A stretch of 64,000 bases of DNA from an uncultured virus (IMG/VR IMGVR_UViG_3300025653_000027) (IMGVR_UViG_3300025653_000027), one strand, 5' to 3'; shown: positions 26,090-35,548, counted from the stretch's first letter. The notes: generated from the letters alone by a model not told the origin. Numbers and translations are program-made.

Positions 26090-26287
26090 TCACAGGTACT
26101 TGTTGTGTACGCAGTAGTAGGTATCACCCAAGAATCCTGTGGTGTGGACCAAGGTGTGGTTCACCTTGTCCCCACAAGTCTTGAGGTGGTGTTGGTTGAT
26201 TGCTTTCTGTCCAAAGACAGAGGCAAGCATTCCAATTGCTACACCGGTCATCATTGCAAGAGCAATGGGTGAGAAGTCGTTACGCAT
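26090..26287 (-). CDS. Small membrane-anchored early protein
   Basis: N-terminal TM; GDTYYC motif. Confidence 0.6.
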   Translation of the reverse strand: MRNDFSPIALAMMTGVAIGMLASVFGQKAINQHHLKTCGDKVNHTLVHTTGFLGDTYYCVHNKYL

Positions 26288-26567
26288 CTTGAGTTTGGAA
26301 TGAGGTGAGCTTGCGGTAGTTGATCTCTTGGATGATCAGCTCTTCACGTAGGTACTGTTCTTCAAGGACCATACCGTGGTTGTAGTAGTCCTCCATCTCC
26401 ATTAGAAGTTCTTTCACTCCTGATGGCATACCGCACATGAGTGTACGAACGTCGATGTCCTTCCACTCATTCAAGAAGACTTGCTTCTCGAAGTGAAGTT
26501 GTGTGCTCTCACCGCCGTACCAGACGACGCGATACTTCTGCTCAGCTTCTGGCTGGTAGATCATCAT
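26280..26567 (-). CDS. Early hypothetical protein
   Basis: ORF directly after repeat A1. Confidence 0.6.
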   Translation of the reverse strand: MMIYQPEAEQKYRVVWYGGESTQLHFEKQVFLNEWKDIDVRTLMCGMPSGVKELLMEMEDYYNHGMVLEEQYLREELIIQEINYRKLTSFQTQDA

Positions 26568-26581
26568 GGTGTGGAATGTAA

Positions 26582-26647
26582 GCCACCCTCAGTGGGTGGC
26601 AATAACTGCCAGGGGGTTTGCACCCCTGGACCCGCTTTAACGGATCA
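26582..26647 (-). repeat. Repeat family A (T-loop/tRNA-like element), copy A1
   Basis: TGA-TCCGTTAAAGCGGG-T-CCAGGGG-TGCAAAC-CCCCTGG-CAGTTATT-GCCACCC-ACTGA-GGGTGGC. Confidence 0.85.
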
Positions 26648-26830
26648 GCTTCTGACTGATTCTTCCTTAATAAAGTATTGGTCAAGTCCACGCCACGGCT
26701 GGAGGTCTTCAATATATTCTTCAGCCGCACCACGGCTCAAGAAAACACACATAACTGAGTGGTTAACAAAAGACTCACCGCTTGCCAAAAGAAAGCGTTC
26801 GGCAATGATAACGATGTAAACTTTGTCCAC
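26645..26830 (-). CDS. Small early protein (GTG start)
   Basis: AGGAG SD before GTG 26830; its stop is the TGA of repeat A1. Confidence 0.6.
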   Translation of the reverse strand: MDKVYIVIIAERFLLASGESFVNHSVMCVFLSRGAAEEYIEDLQPWRGLDQYFIKEESVRS

Positions 26831-26845
26831 AGGAAACTCCTGTTG

Positions 26846-26917
26846 TGCGGTACCCATCTCCGCTGGGGGTAATGGAAGCCCAGGGGTTTGCACCCTGGGA
26901 CCCGCTTAGACGGATCA
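26846..26917 (-). repeat. Repeat family A, copy A2
   Basis: TGA-TCCGTCTAAGCGGG-T-CCCAGGG-TGCAAAC-CCCTGGG-CTTCCAT-TACCC-CCAGCGGAGAT-GGGTA-CCGCA. Confidence 0.85.
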
Positions 26918-27067
26918 ACCTTTTGGCTCGATGAACCTTGCAAGCTTGCGCCTCAGTACTTTCACTTCGGCTGCAATGTTCTCCTTGGTCCGATCCTTTG
27001 TTACTGCATTGGCAGCAATAATCAAACCAGAAGCAATGGTCTTGCGGATACCCATGGGGTTCTCCAT
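26915..27067 (-). CDS. Small early protein
   Basis: MENPMGIRKTIASGL...; its stop is the TGA of repeat A2. Confidence 0.55.
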   Translation of the reverse strand: MENPMGIRKTIASGLIIAANAVTKDRTKENIAAEVKVLRRKLARFIEPKG

Positions 27068-27142
27068 GTGTGCAGTGCCTATCTCTGCTGAAGGCAATAA
27101 CTGCCGGAGGGTTTGCACCTCCGGACCCGCTTTAACGGATCA
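27067..27142 (-). repeat. Repeat family A, copy A3
   Basis: TGA-TCCGTTAAAGCGGG-T-CCGGAGG-TGCAAAC-CCTCCGG-CAGTTAT-TGCCT-TCAGCAGAGAT-AGGCA-CTGCACACA. Confidence 0.85.
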
Positions 27143-27331
27143 GTTGACCCAGTTCTGGTAGATCCAGATCCTGCATTCGTCAAACCCAAGGTTGACGTTG
27201 GGATCCTTACACATTTCTGCAGCATGGGCTTCAACCCAAGTGCAGATGTGGGAATCAACCAGGACAGGTATCTCAACACCACAAACGGTTGCGATGTAAG
27301 TACCTTGTGCATCAAGTGAAATGAAACGCAT
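27140..27331 (-). CDS. Small early protein
   Basis: MRFISLDAQGTY...; its stop is the TGA of repeat A3. Confidence 0.55.
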   Translation of the reverse strand: MRFISLDAQGTYIATVCGVEIPVLVDSHICTWVEAHAAEMCKDPNVNLGFDECRIWIYQNWVN

Positions 27332-27344
27332 TGTTAAATGCAAT

Positions 27345-27438
27345 TGTGTGCAGTGCCTATCTCTGCTGAAGGCAAGAGTTGAGTGAGGGATTCGATCCCT
27401 CGGCATCACGCCTGGTACTCAACAGTTTGTGTAGATCA
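27345..27438 (-). repeat. Repeat family A, variant A4 (mini-tRNA-like)
   Basis: TGATC...GTTGAGT-ACCA-GGC-GTGAT-GCC-GAGGG-ATCGAAT-CCCTC-ACTCAAC, then 31 bp (27345-27375) identical to A3 (27067-27097). Confidence 0.8.
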
Positions 27439-27705
27439 GTCAAAGACTTCCTTGGCAGAAGCAATTGCTTGACCTTGGCGAACAAGAACGCTCACCTTGA
27501 AACAAAGAGTGGAAGAACCTTCCAAGCAACAATCAGCTGGATCGTAAAAGTCCACAGCAATTGCATTGTGTAGATCAATACGCCACTGAGCTGCATCAAC
27601 CTTGTGGTCTTGTAGTACAGCAACTGGAACAGTAATCTTCTTACCGTTAGTCAGCGGCATGACTGCCGCTTCACAACGAGCCATGTAAGATTCGAGTTTG
27701 GTCAT
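27436..27705 (-). CDS. First early gene, hypothetical
   Basis: ORF; its stop is the TGA of A4. Confidence 0.6.
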   Translation of the reverse strand: MTKLESYMARCEAAVMPLTNGKKITVPVAVLQDHKVDAAQWRIDLHNAIAVDFYDPADCCLEGSSTLCFKVSVLVRQGQAIASAKEVFD

Positions 27706-28170
27706 GATTGGAATGCAATGGAATTGTCTGCGTGTTACGGATGCGCAGCCCCCGATCTGAAGCCCTGAAAATCTACAGTTCTAATCTGGAAGGTACAGTG
27801 TGTGAGAACGCTGACACTAAATGCGCGAAATTATGGGAAAAACCGCCAATAACTGTGGAAAAACCTGTGGAAAAAGGTAAAGAACATGTAAACGAAGCAG
27901 GGGCGGAGCCCAACGAACCTAACAACGCAGTTGAGAAGTCTTCTCAATAACGTAGTCAGGTAACGTTCCCGCTCCTTCCTTTGCTCCTCTTACCCACCCA
28001 TCCCGCCCTTTCTTTTTTTTCCTACCAGGTTCACATTCATACAGGCAGTGTGAGAAGCGTCAGGTAATTTTGTTCCCTTTTTGGTCGCATATGGGCCGCC
28101 CCCTGGTATAAAACAGGGAATAGATATTGCATTTTGTACTAGAATTCCCCAATTGGCCCAAAAAATTGGA
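27706..28170. other. Non-coding divergent control region (possible origin or genome-end region)
   Basis: Switch between the minus-strand early block and plus-strand late block; homopolymer tracts; TGTGGAAAA at 27854 and 27866. Confidence 0.55.
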
Positions 28171-28171
28171 C

Positions 28172-28197
28172 AAAAAAGCCGGGGTGTTATCCCCGGC
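28172..28197 (-). terminator. Intrinsic terminator of the 28220-28435 gene
   Basis: Minus strand GCCGGGG-ATAACA-CCCCGGC-TTTTTT. Confidence 0.7.
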
Positions 28198-28219
28198 AAT
28201 CATCAAATTTTATATTTTT

Positions 28220-28435
28220 TTAATTTTTCTCTTTTTTCCGCTTGTAGTCCAAAGTTACTTTCGCTGCTTTCCGGTGTGCATCCTCATCCGGAAGTTCATA
28301 TGCCAAGGCAGCTTTTGCATTATTGAGAAAATCACGCACTTCCAGGGAATCTTTTCCCTCACGTGCCATGACTAAAGCCTTATCTTTTATGGCTTCGAGT
28401 CCTTCGACCCGTTTTTGCCTGGTGCCAGCGTCCAT
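28220..28435 (-). CDS. Hypothetical protein
   Basis: ORF followed by a terminator. Confidence 0.6.
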   Translation of the reverse strand: MDAGTRQKRVEGLEAIKDKALVMAREGKDSLEVRDFLNNAKAALAYELPDEDAHRKAAKVTLDYKRKKEKN

Positions 28436-28536
28436 TTCTTGGCGTCTTGCCTGTATTTGTTAAATATAACCCCGAGATACTTTGGATATTCCACTTATAG
28501 AATACTTACACGGTTAAAAGTACAAAATAAACTCAA

Positions 28537-30288
28537 ATGGTTTTAGCTCCTGCCGATTTTTACGCCTATAGCCGCGCCACTGGAGCACCTGTACCCCAAA
28601 CTCCGGAAGAACGGGCGCAAATCGCTACTGATGTTCTGGAATTCAGGCGAAATCAACTTAAAGTGCCGGAAGAAAAGCCAGATACGCTAAAAGCCATTGG
28701 AGCTGCCACGCTTGCGGTCGCTGGTGCTTTAGGTGCAGGGTTCGGAGCTAAAAAATTTCTGGATCGCCGGGCACAAATTCCAAAAGGTCCCGCCAAATCT
28801 GCCACCGCTGGTGTACGTCAGGCTGATTTAAGCAAACTTAGTGATGTTGAAGCTGCAACTCAGGTTGATTTAACCCAAGTCCAGCAATCGACCGCACCTC
28901 TGCAACGCCATCAAACATTCGAGGCGCTTGATTCCGGTCAAGCCCAGATGGAACAACGTGTTGAGATGGGTGTTCGCCGTAATGAGGACATCGATACCAG
29001 TCAATATGCCGCCTTAAAACAAATGGCGGATGAAAACGAAGCACTCATGCGGGCAGAGGCTGATCCTTCCCAAATGATGGGTTATGAGCCTGATGCAGCT
29101 GCAAACGTCGCAGCTTCTAAGCTTCCAGATGGTTTACCTCTTGATCAGGCTGAAAGGTCTCTGTCAGATCCCTGGGCTGGCTCTGCGACCGTACCTTCAA
29201 CTCAAAGATCAACTGATATTTTTCCTGAAATTAAACTTCTGCCTAGTTCCGCAGTTAGTCATAGAGATAAAGCTCAACAATTTTTACAAGGAAAATTCGA
29301 AGAGCTTGGAAAAACTGTTCCAGGTCGTTACAGACGAGAACGTTTGATGGGTCAAGACCCAGCAATTGCAGAAGCAATGGAGCTTTATGCATCGACTGGT
29401 GATCCCAATGTTTTAGCCCGTTTATCTGCAACACCTTCCTCTCCGACCACAGTTAAATTTAGCGAGCAAACAGAATTTGAATTGCCTTCCTTGTTAAAGG
29501 GTGAAGTTTCAGAAGAAGTGCCTACCGGTCAATTGTTCCAAGCAAAACCACAAGCTGAATTTGTTGAAGATCTTTTAGAAAAAGATATTGATCTTACAAA
29601 TAAAATTTCTGAACTTGGTTTAGCAAAACAACAAACAGCTAATCGAATTCGAGAGATTGAAGGCAGTGAAACCATGCTGCGCTTTGCTGCTGCTGATGAT
29701 CCGTCTTACACCACAATTTACAATAAACTTCAGGCAGAAAAACAACAATTAGATCCTTCTTCTTACAATGCAGATCTCGGTGATGCATTAGCTGAACGCG
29801 ATTTCGTTCGCGGCCAATTGGAATCTGCTCAATCCCTGGGACCGAAGTTTGAATTAACTCCCCGTCAAGAAGGTGTTCGCCCCTTCTACCAGCAGACAGC
29901 AGAAGGTCAAATTATTCCTGAGACTTTAGAGCTGCGTTCTGGTCGACGTAGCGTTCCTGAGGGTGTTGTCGAGAAAACTGCAGCTGGTGGCGGTATTCGC
30001 GGTCGAGTTGCTCAATACGACCCCGACACCCAGGTTGGCTCTTCCATTGGTGCTTATGGTATTGAACCTCGCAATATTCCAATTGCAGATCCAGAATTAA
30101 AGCCAACTACTCTTCAGAGAGGAGAAACTAAGGTCAAACTTAAGCAAGTTCCAACCGGCCAAGAGGCTTTAGCTGAATACATCAATGCGCGTCGCCGCGC
30201 CAAGAGCGCGACGACCGAACAAAAAATTCAATCTTTAATTGAATCTGAACGTATCCGTCGGGATATAATCAACAGAGGTGGGCTTTAA
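28537..30288 (+). CDS. Putative internal virion protein
   Basis: 583 aa, helical, one hydrophobic Gly/Ala segment; TAGAAT at 28498. Confidence 0.6.
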   Translation: MVLAPADFYAYSRATGAPVPQTPEERAQIATDVLEFRRNQLKVPEEKPDTLKAIGAATLAVAGALGAGFGAKKFLDRRAQIPKGPAKSATAGVRQADLSKLSDVEAATQVDLTQVQQSTAPLQRHQTFEALDSGQAQMEQRVEMGVRRNEDIDTSQYAALKQMADENEALMRAEADPSQMMGYEPDAAANVAASKLPDGLPLDQAERSLSDPWAGSATVPSTQRSTDIFPEIKLLPSSAVSHRDKAQQFLQGKFEELGKTVPGRYRRERLMGQDPAIAEAMELYASTGDPNVLARLSATPSSPTTVKFSEQTEFELPSLLKGEVSEEVPTGQLFQAKPQAEFVEDLLEKDIDLTNKISELGLAKQQTANRIREIEGSETMLRFAAADDPSYTTIYNKLQAEKQQLDPSSYNADLGDALAERDFVRGQLESAQSLGPKFELTPRQEGVRPFYQQTAEGQIIPETLELRSGRRSVPEGVVEKTAAGGGIRGRVAQYDPDTQVGSSIGAYGIEPRNIPIADPELKPTTLQRGETKVKLKQVPTGQEALAEYINARRRAKSATTEQKIQSLIESERIRRDIINRGGL

Positions 30289-30301
30289 AATTTAAGTAAA
30301 G

Positions 30302-30529
30302 ATGGCAGAGAAGAAAAAGAAAAATAAAAAGTGGATTCAAGGTATGAAGATGAAGGAAGGTGCCTTCACGGCTAAAGCAAAACGCCGTGGAATTACCTCC
30401 GCTCAACTTCAAAAAAACGTCTTGTCTAATCCCGATAGGTACGACGATAAAACAGTCAAACAAGCCCAGCTACGGGAAACCTTAGTAGGATTACATAAGA
30501 AGAAAAAAACTAAAAAAGCTGAAGACTAA
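30302..30529 (+). CDS. Small Lys-rich protein
   Basis: KKWIQ...KEGAFTAKAK motif. Confidence 0.65.
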   Translation: MAEKKKKNKKWIQGMKMKEGAFTAKAKRRGITSAQLQKNVLSNPDRYDDKTVKQAQLRETLVGLHKKKKTKKAED

Positions 30530-31176
30530 TGTCTAAAGATCAACGCCTTGATCTAGGTCGCTATATCTCAAATCCATTTGATAAAGGTGGAATCAAGCAA
30601 AGGCGGCTTGATTTTGATGACCTATTTCGGGCTAAGCCTGATTCTGGTCAATACCCCTGGAACCCATCACGATTTAATCAAGAGGACCTACTGCGGAAGA
30701 TGCAGACGCGAAAGCGTACTCTGAACCCACGTCTTGATTTCGTACCTAATACGCCATTCTTTGACGACAATGCTGAGGTAACCCCTGAGTACGACATGTT
30801 TGGCCTGGGACGGTTTAACCGTCCTGATGACTACGACTTCTTTGAAGGACGTGCAAAAACAATGCAACGTCCTCAAGAACAACCGGACTTTAATCCAAGG
30901 TGGGTTGAGGCTTACAAAATCAGCCCCACCCTGAACCCTGGCAAGATGGCAAAGAACCCAATGCCTCGTGTCAAGAATCCTGATCCGAACGGTTACCTGA
31001 TGGCAATGGCTGAACGCCGTGCTGAAAACGAGGTGGAAGATAAACCTTCTATTGCAGACCTCCTGGATCGAGAAGGTTTAGTTAAGGAACAACAGGTTAA
31101 GGCAGAAGAAAAGAAGGGGGAAACCACTTCTGAGGTCAACGCAAACAAAGAAGATATCGTCAAAGGAGAAGAGTAA
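30529..31176 (+). CDS. Hypothetical late protein
   Basis: ORF coupled to the previous gene. Confidence 0.65.
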   Translation: MSKDQRLDLGRYISNPFDKGGIKQRRLDFDDLFRAKPDSGQYPWNPSRFNQEDLLRKMQTRKRTLNPRLDFVPNTPFFDDNAEVTPEYDMFGLGRFNRPDDYDFFEGRAKTMQRPQEQPDFNPRWVEAYKISPTLNPGKMAKNPMPRVKNPDPNGYLMAMAERRAENEVEDKPSIADLLDREGLVKEQQVKAEEKKGETTSEVNANKEDIVKGEE

Positions 31177-31214
31177 GCTAAGGGTCGATAAAATAAATAA
31201 AAAGGCAATATGTA

Positions 31215-31787
31215 ATGCGCGGCCTCCTTAAATTATTGTCAAGTAAAGCTTCTAGAAGTGCAGCTGCCAATGCATTACCTGGCACGGCTTTAAGCGCCCT
31301 GGGCGGCTTAGTGATGGGAGGCCCTAAAGCTGCTGTAGCTTATGGTGCAGGAGATTTTCTTTTAAATTATCCTTTAATTGCCGGAGCGAGAAAAATTTCT
31401 CCCGGCAGAACTGGAACACTTTCTTATATTAATAAAAAAGGCCAAACAGTTACAACACCTCATTATCAACCGTCCGCTTTAGAAATGACCGCCAATGTTG
31501 GCGGAACACTTGGATCTGCTTTAGCAGTTGATGCTGTCACGGGCGGTTCTTTAATGCCTACACCAACTGTTATTTCGCAGCAACAACAGCTGATGGAGCA
31601 AATGGAACAACGTGCTGTAGCCAACAGGCTACAGGTGCCACAGGCTGTTGCTCCTGGAACTCAATTCCAAATGCAAGGATTAGAATCAACATTCTTGCGT
31701 AATTACGTTAAACCTCAGAGTTACGTCAATCAATTGATGCCTGAGTATGCAGATGCATTAGCCGCAATGCAAAATCCTTTTGGTTGA
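31215..31787 (+). CDS. Ala/Gly-rich putative virion (ejection) protein
   Basis: Glycine-zipper-like segments; TAAAAT at 31189. Confidence 0.6.
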   Translation: MRGLLKLLSSKASRSAAANALPGTALSALGGLVMGGPKAAVAYGAGDFLLNYPLIAGARKISPGRTGTLSYINKKGQTVTTPHYQPSALEMTANVGGTLGSALAVDAVTGGSLMPTPTVISQQQQLMEQMEQRAVANRLQVPQAVAPGTQFQMQGLESTFLRNYVKPQSYVNQLMPEYADALAAMQNPFG

Positions 31788-32737
31788 TCATGGACTTAAT
31801 TCAACGAGTACAACAGATTGGCCGAAATTTTAAACAAGGCTTTAGAACAGCGGATGTTCTGCAGCGTCGTGACTATGCAGAAACAACACAACAAGGTGGA
31901 TATTACGGAGAAAGTTTATTAGATCCTAAATTTAAAAGATCCCTTGCAGGAGCAGGAGTTACTGCACGGCAAACACCTGCTCAATTCGCTGGTGCATATA
32001 CAAATCGACTTCTGATTGACTTAGCAAATGACGGCACGCGTACCCACTGGTGGCGCTGGAACCATCCCCTTGCAATTGCACAAAAACTTGTTGAAGTAGG
32101 GGTTGACCCGAGTGTTGTCCAATCTCCTTCTGCACGCGCATTAACGACTCTTGGTATCGCCGCTCCAGCTGTTGCGGCTGCCGGTGCGTATGACATCACT
32201 AATCTTGGAGAACTTGGACGGCCAAAAGGTTTTGCTCAGTCTTATGCAGGCTTAGGTTCAGACGATCGTCGTAAAACTGAACAACCGGGTCAAGAATTGT
32301 TTGAACGGTTTTTCCTTTCAAGGACTGGTCGTCCTTTGAAATATGAAACGGCTAAGAAAGATATTCCTGATTTAACTCCACAACGGTATGGAAATTACAT
32401 GAAGTTTCTTTATCAAGATAAAGGTTTACTTGATCTTGGTGTTGTTAAAGGAACGATGGAGAATTTACAGGGTGTTCCCGAAGTACGCATGCTTGGTTAT
32501 CCTGTAACCCTTCCAACGGTTGCTGGATTTGCCGGTGGACCGGTTTCAGCGACGATTGCAGGTCGTACTGGTAAGACACCTGCTCAACGTGCTGTACGGG
32601 CCATTGCAGGCGGTCTTGCAGGTTCTGCAGGTGGCGTTGGTTTGGGTAATGTTGTTAACCAACAAATTGCAGCAGCAAATCGACCTAAGCTACCTACAAC
32701 ACAGCAATATCAAGATTTAAGTGCTGGTAGAATTTAA
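31784..32737 (+). CDS. Ala/Gly-rich putative virion (ejection) protein
   Basis: GGLAGSAGGVGLG glycine zipper. Confidence 0.6.
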   Translation: MIMDLIQRVQQIGRNFKQGFRTADVLQRRDYAETTQQGGYYGESLLDPKFKRSLAGAGVTARQTPAQFAGAYTNRLLIDLANDGTRTHWWRWNHPLAIAQKLVEVGVDPSVVQSPSARALTTLGIAAPAVAAAGAYDITNLGELGRPKGFAQSYAGLGSDDRRKTEQPGQELFERFFLSRTGRPLKYETAKKDIPDLTPQRYGNYMKFLYQDKGLLDLGVVKGTMENLQGVPEVRMLGYPVTLPTVAGFAGGPVSATIAGRTGKTPAQRAVRAIAGGLAGSAGGVGLGNVVNQQIAAANRPKLPTTQQYQDLSAGRI

Positions 32738-32760
32738 GGAATAATAAGAGTCGAATTGTT

Positions 32761-33558
32761 GTGGATCCTCGCAGTACTTATTTAGCCGGAGGTGGCCGAC
32801 CAGTGGCCAACCCTCAAGGTGACTTTCTTGGTGATTATATTTCTAATTTAGATGTTCCGGGGATTTTTCGGTCTGGAAAAGAAAAAGTTAAGAGCGCTGC
32901 AGCTAAGGCTAAAGAATCAGTAAAGGGCCTGAGAACAAAATATCCTAATGCTGGTCGTTATGCCACCGCTGGCACTGCCGTTCTTGGCGCAGTGCCGGGT
33001 GTGATGACAGCATATGAGGAACTTGCAGCGGGTCGTCCTGCAGGTGCTGCAGGTGCAGTTGTTGGCGCTGGTGCTCAGGCAGGATTGAGTGCACTTGGAA
33101 CAAACCTTCTTATGAAGAGTTCTCCTTTAGGTAAAGCTGTAGGTTTAGGTTTGCTGGGAGTTGGTGCATTAATTCCTGAAGCTGCTGCTAAAGGTACTGA
33201 GTACGTACAATCAGCTGTGCGTGGCGTCCCCATTACTAACGAACAAAGTTTTATAAACGAACTGCGGAAACGGGAAGCCCTGGGTGAGGTTGATGCAAAT
33301 CTTCTTTATAAAATTAATAGGAATTTAAGTGATGAACAATTTAGAAATCTTGAACGTTCTTATCCATTAGTAAGCAAGTTCCGTAATGAAGAACTTGTGC
33401 GTAATCAGGCTCTGATGGCCTCTCGCGGTAATCAACTTGCACGCTTGAGCTTGCTTCAGACGGGTGGTGCTCTTGCAACAGGTGGTCAAGCTGAAACTGG
33501 TGCCACTGTTCGGACAATGATTCAGTCCAACCCTTACGCAGCTGCAACGGTGTTCTGA
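32761..33558 (+). CDS. Ala/Gly-rich putative virion (ejection) protein
   Basis: Hydrophobic Gly/Ala helices; TAGAAT at 32728. Confidence 0.6.
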   Translation: MDPRSTYLAGGGRPVANPQGDFLGDYISNLDVPGIFRSGKEKVKSAAAKAKESVKGLRTKYPNAGRYATAGTAVLGAVPGVMTAYEELAAGRPAGAAGAVVGAGAQAGLSALGTNLLMKSSPLGKAVGLGLLGVGALIPEAAAKGTEYVQSAVRGVPITNEQSFINELRKREALGEVDANLLYKINRNLSDEQFRNLERSYPLVSKFRNEELVRNQALMASRGNQLARLSLLQTGGALATGGQAETGATVRTMIQSNPYAAATVF

Positions 33559-34007
33559 TGACTTTTCCTCAGTTTAATTTTCCTTCTGCTGGTGGCGGTG
33601 GCTTTACCCAAGGCTTTACGGGTATCTCACCGGTTACTGCTGGTAAATACATGGAAGCATTGAAGCGTCCACAAACAAAAGAAGAAGTAAACGCCGCAAT
33701 TGGGCGTGGTTTGATTCCTATTCTTAAACAGCAGGCTATCAACATGTCTCCTGAGGGCATGGAACGACAGCTCGAAATGGCTCGTAAGGATGCCTTCCAG
33801 AAGGGTAAAACAGGTTTAATGTTCTCTACCCTGGCTAATCTTCCTCAGACGATTGCCAACGCTGTAAGTCCTTACGGTGGTCCAGAGGGTGCTCGCATGG
33901 CCTATGAGGGCATGAGTCGTATTCCTGGAATCTACTCAGAGACTATGCGTACTTTCCCTCAAATTCAAGTTCCTGCAAGTAGCTATTCCCCAAATAGATA
34001 CTTTTAG
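33558..34007 (+). CDS. Putative virion protein
   Basis: ORF coupled by TGATG. Confidence 0.6.
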   Translation: MTFPQFNFPSAGGGGFTQGFTGISPVTAGKYMEALKRPQTKEEVNAAIGRGLIPILKQQAINMSPEGMERQLEMARKDAFQKGKTGLMFSTLANLPQTIANAVSPYGGPEGARMAYEGMSRIPGIYSETMRTFPQIQVPASSYSPNRYF

Positions 34008-34020
34008 TTAGTTTAGACTT

Positions 34021-34605
34021 ATGTTTGGATCTCCAATTTATTCATCTTCTGATTGGGGTGTAGCTGATTTTGATACCAGCGCTTGGGGATCTAACTACGA
34101 CACAGGTAAGAAACCAAAATCAGGAGGTAAAAAACCAATGGCATTTGGATGGGACGATGCAATCTTAGGCGTTGGGATGCTCGCCCAAGGTGCCTTTGGT
34201 GCAATGGGTGCACAGAAACAAGCGAATACCCAAGCTGCAGTTGCTAACGCACAGATGGCCGCTCAGGCCGATGCTGTACGTAACTCTCGTGATATGGCTA
34301 AAGGCCAGATTGCGATGGGTATGTGGGGCAATCTGTTTAATACTACTACTGCTGCCGATCTTGACTTTGGTCGTCAGCTGGCAGCAAAACGAAAAGAATA
34401 CAGCGAGTTCATTCCAAAAGGTTTTGGTTTAGATCGTGAACAAGCTCGCTGGCAAACTGATTTTGCTTTAAGTCCTGCTGCTCGTGAATTAGCTTCTAGG
34501 CAGAGGTTAGGTAGAGTGAAGGAAGCAATTGCTCCTGGCAGAGCACAAATGACGGGCATGTTTGGTCGAATTGCCCAAGCACCTACAGAATCATTCATGG
34601 TTTAA
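34021..34605 (+). CDS. Putative internal virion protein (pilot-like)
   Basis: AILGVGMLAQGAFGAMGAQKQA followed by an Ala/Gln-rich helix. Confidence 0.6.
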   Translation: MFGSPIYSSSDWGVADFDTSAWGSNYDTGKKPKSGGKKPMAFGWDDAILGVGMLAQGAFGAMGAQKQANTQAAVANAQMAAQADAVRNSRDMAKGQIAMGMWGNLFNTTTAADLDFGRQLAAKRKEYSEFIPKGFGLDREQARWQTDFALSPAARELASRQRLGRVKEAIAPGRAQMTGMFGRIAQAPTESFMV

Positions 34606-34608
34606 GTT

Positions 34609-35502
34609 ATGGGCGGCGGTGGCGGTACTACAGTTCAATATCAAGCACCTCCAAAGGACGACACCTTTGAGAGGTTATTGCAATATCAACAAGCTTCTCA
34701 AGAAAAAGCAGAGGCACGCGTTGCTGCTGAACGTAGGGCAGAAGCAGATAGAGAAGCTGCTCGTAAGGCCGCTGGACAGGCTGGATACGGCGCACTCAGG
34801 TCTGGTATTACATCTCAGCTTCAACAGGGCCTAATTGGCTACGAAGATGCCTCTTCTCGTCTTCGGGATTACGCTCTGAAGTACGACATGACTCCTCCGG
34901 AGACGGACGTTGCGGAGTTGGGTCAGCTTTATCAACAAGAGATTCTCCCTGGTCGTCGTCAGACTGCCGTTGGTGCAGCATACGAAGAAATCCTGGGTCG
35001 TCAGGCGACAGAAGATGAACGTTCCAAGGCCATGGAGCGTTTTCAGCAAGGTTATTACTCTTCTAATCAAGAGCTTCGCGATTCTCTTTATAAGAGTGAA
35101 GAGTATCAAGATAAATATAATCAGAGCTATCTCGACAATTACTACGACACGAAGTTCGGTAAACAAACTGTTGACGAAGCTGGCAAGAAAACAGGCGTTC
35201 GTACCTTTAAGTTTGATTCAAAATATCTCCCTAGTTATGTAGGTACTGATTTGGGCGAGCGTGCTCAGGTTCAGACTCCTGATTTCGGTGATCAGTTTGA
35301 AGGTTCTCCTGCAGAGCTGGAAGAACAGGTTCAGAATATGCGCGATACCAGGCAGTATTTATACAGTGCTGGTCTGACGAATCTTCAGGGTGAGATTGAT
35401 AAAGAGACTCAAAAACTCAAGAATGAAGGCTTGAAAGAAGTTACGAAGATTCAACAGGAAGGCAATCTTTACAGTGGTTTACTGCAAGGCTTCTGGAGTT
35501 AA
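34609..35502 (+). CDS. Putative virion protein
   Basis: MGGGGG N-terminus, coiled coil, YEEILGR.A...E repeat-like segment. Confidence 0.6.
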   Translation: MGGGGGTTVQYQAPPKDDTFERLLQYQQASQEKAEARVAAERRAEADREAARKAAGQAGYGALRSGITSQLQQGLIGYEDASSRLRDYALKYDMTPPETDVAELGQLYQQEILPGRRQTAVGAAYEEILGRQATEDERSKAMERFQQGYYSSNQELRDSLYKSEEYQDKYNQSYLDNYYDTKFGKQTVDEAGKKTGVRTFKFDSKYLPSYVGTDLGERAQVQTPDFGDQFEGSPAELEEQVQNMRDTRQYLYSAGLTNLQGEIDKETQKLKNEGLKEVTKIQQEGNLYSGLLQGFWS

Positions 35503-35548
35503 CTTAAGTTTTGCATTGCTATAATTATTTTAAATTTCAAGTACTGAA

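Noticed and set aside
26582..27438. CRISPR array interpretation of the family A repeats
   Set aside because: The intervening sequences are 150-200-nt protein-coding genes, the repeats covary rather than being identical, and no cas genes are visible
27708..28375. ORF-track entries in the control region (27708-27950, 27990-28199, 28081-28326, 28127-28375)
   Set aside because: Low-complexity, homopolymer-rich sequence without plausible initiation signals or protein motifs; treated as non-coding
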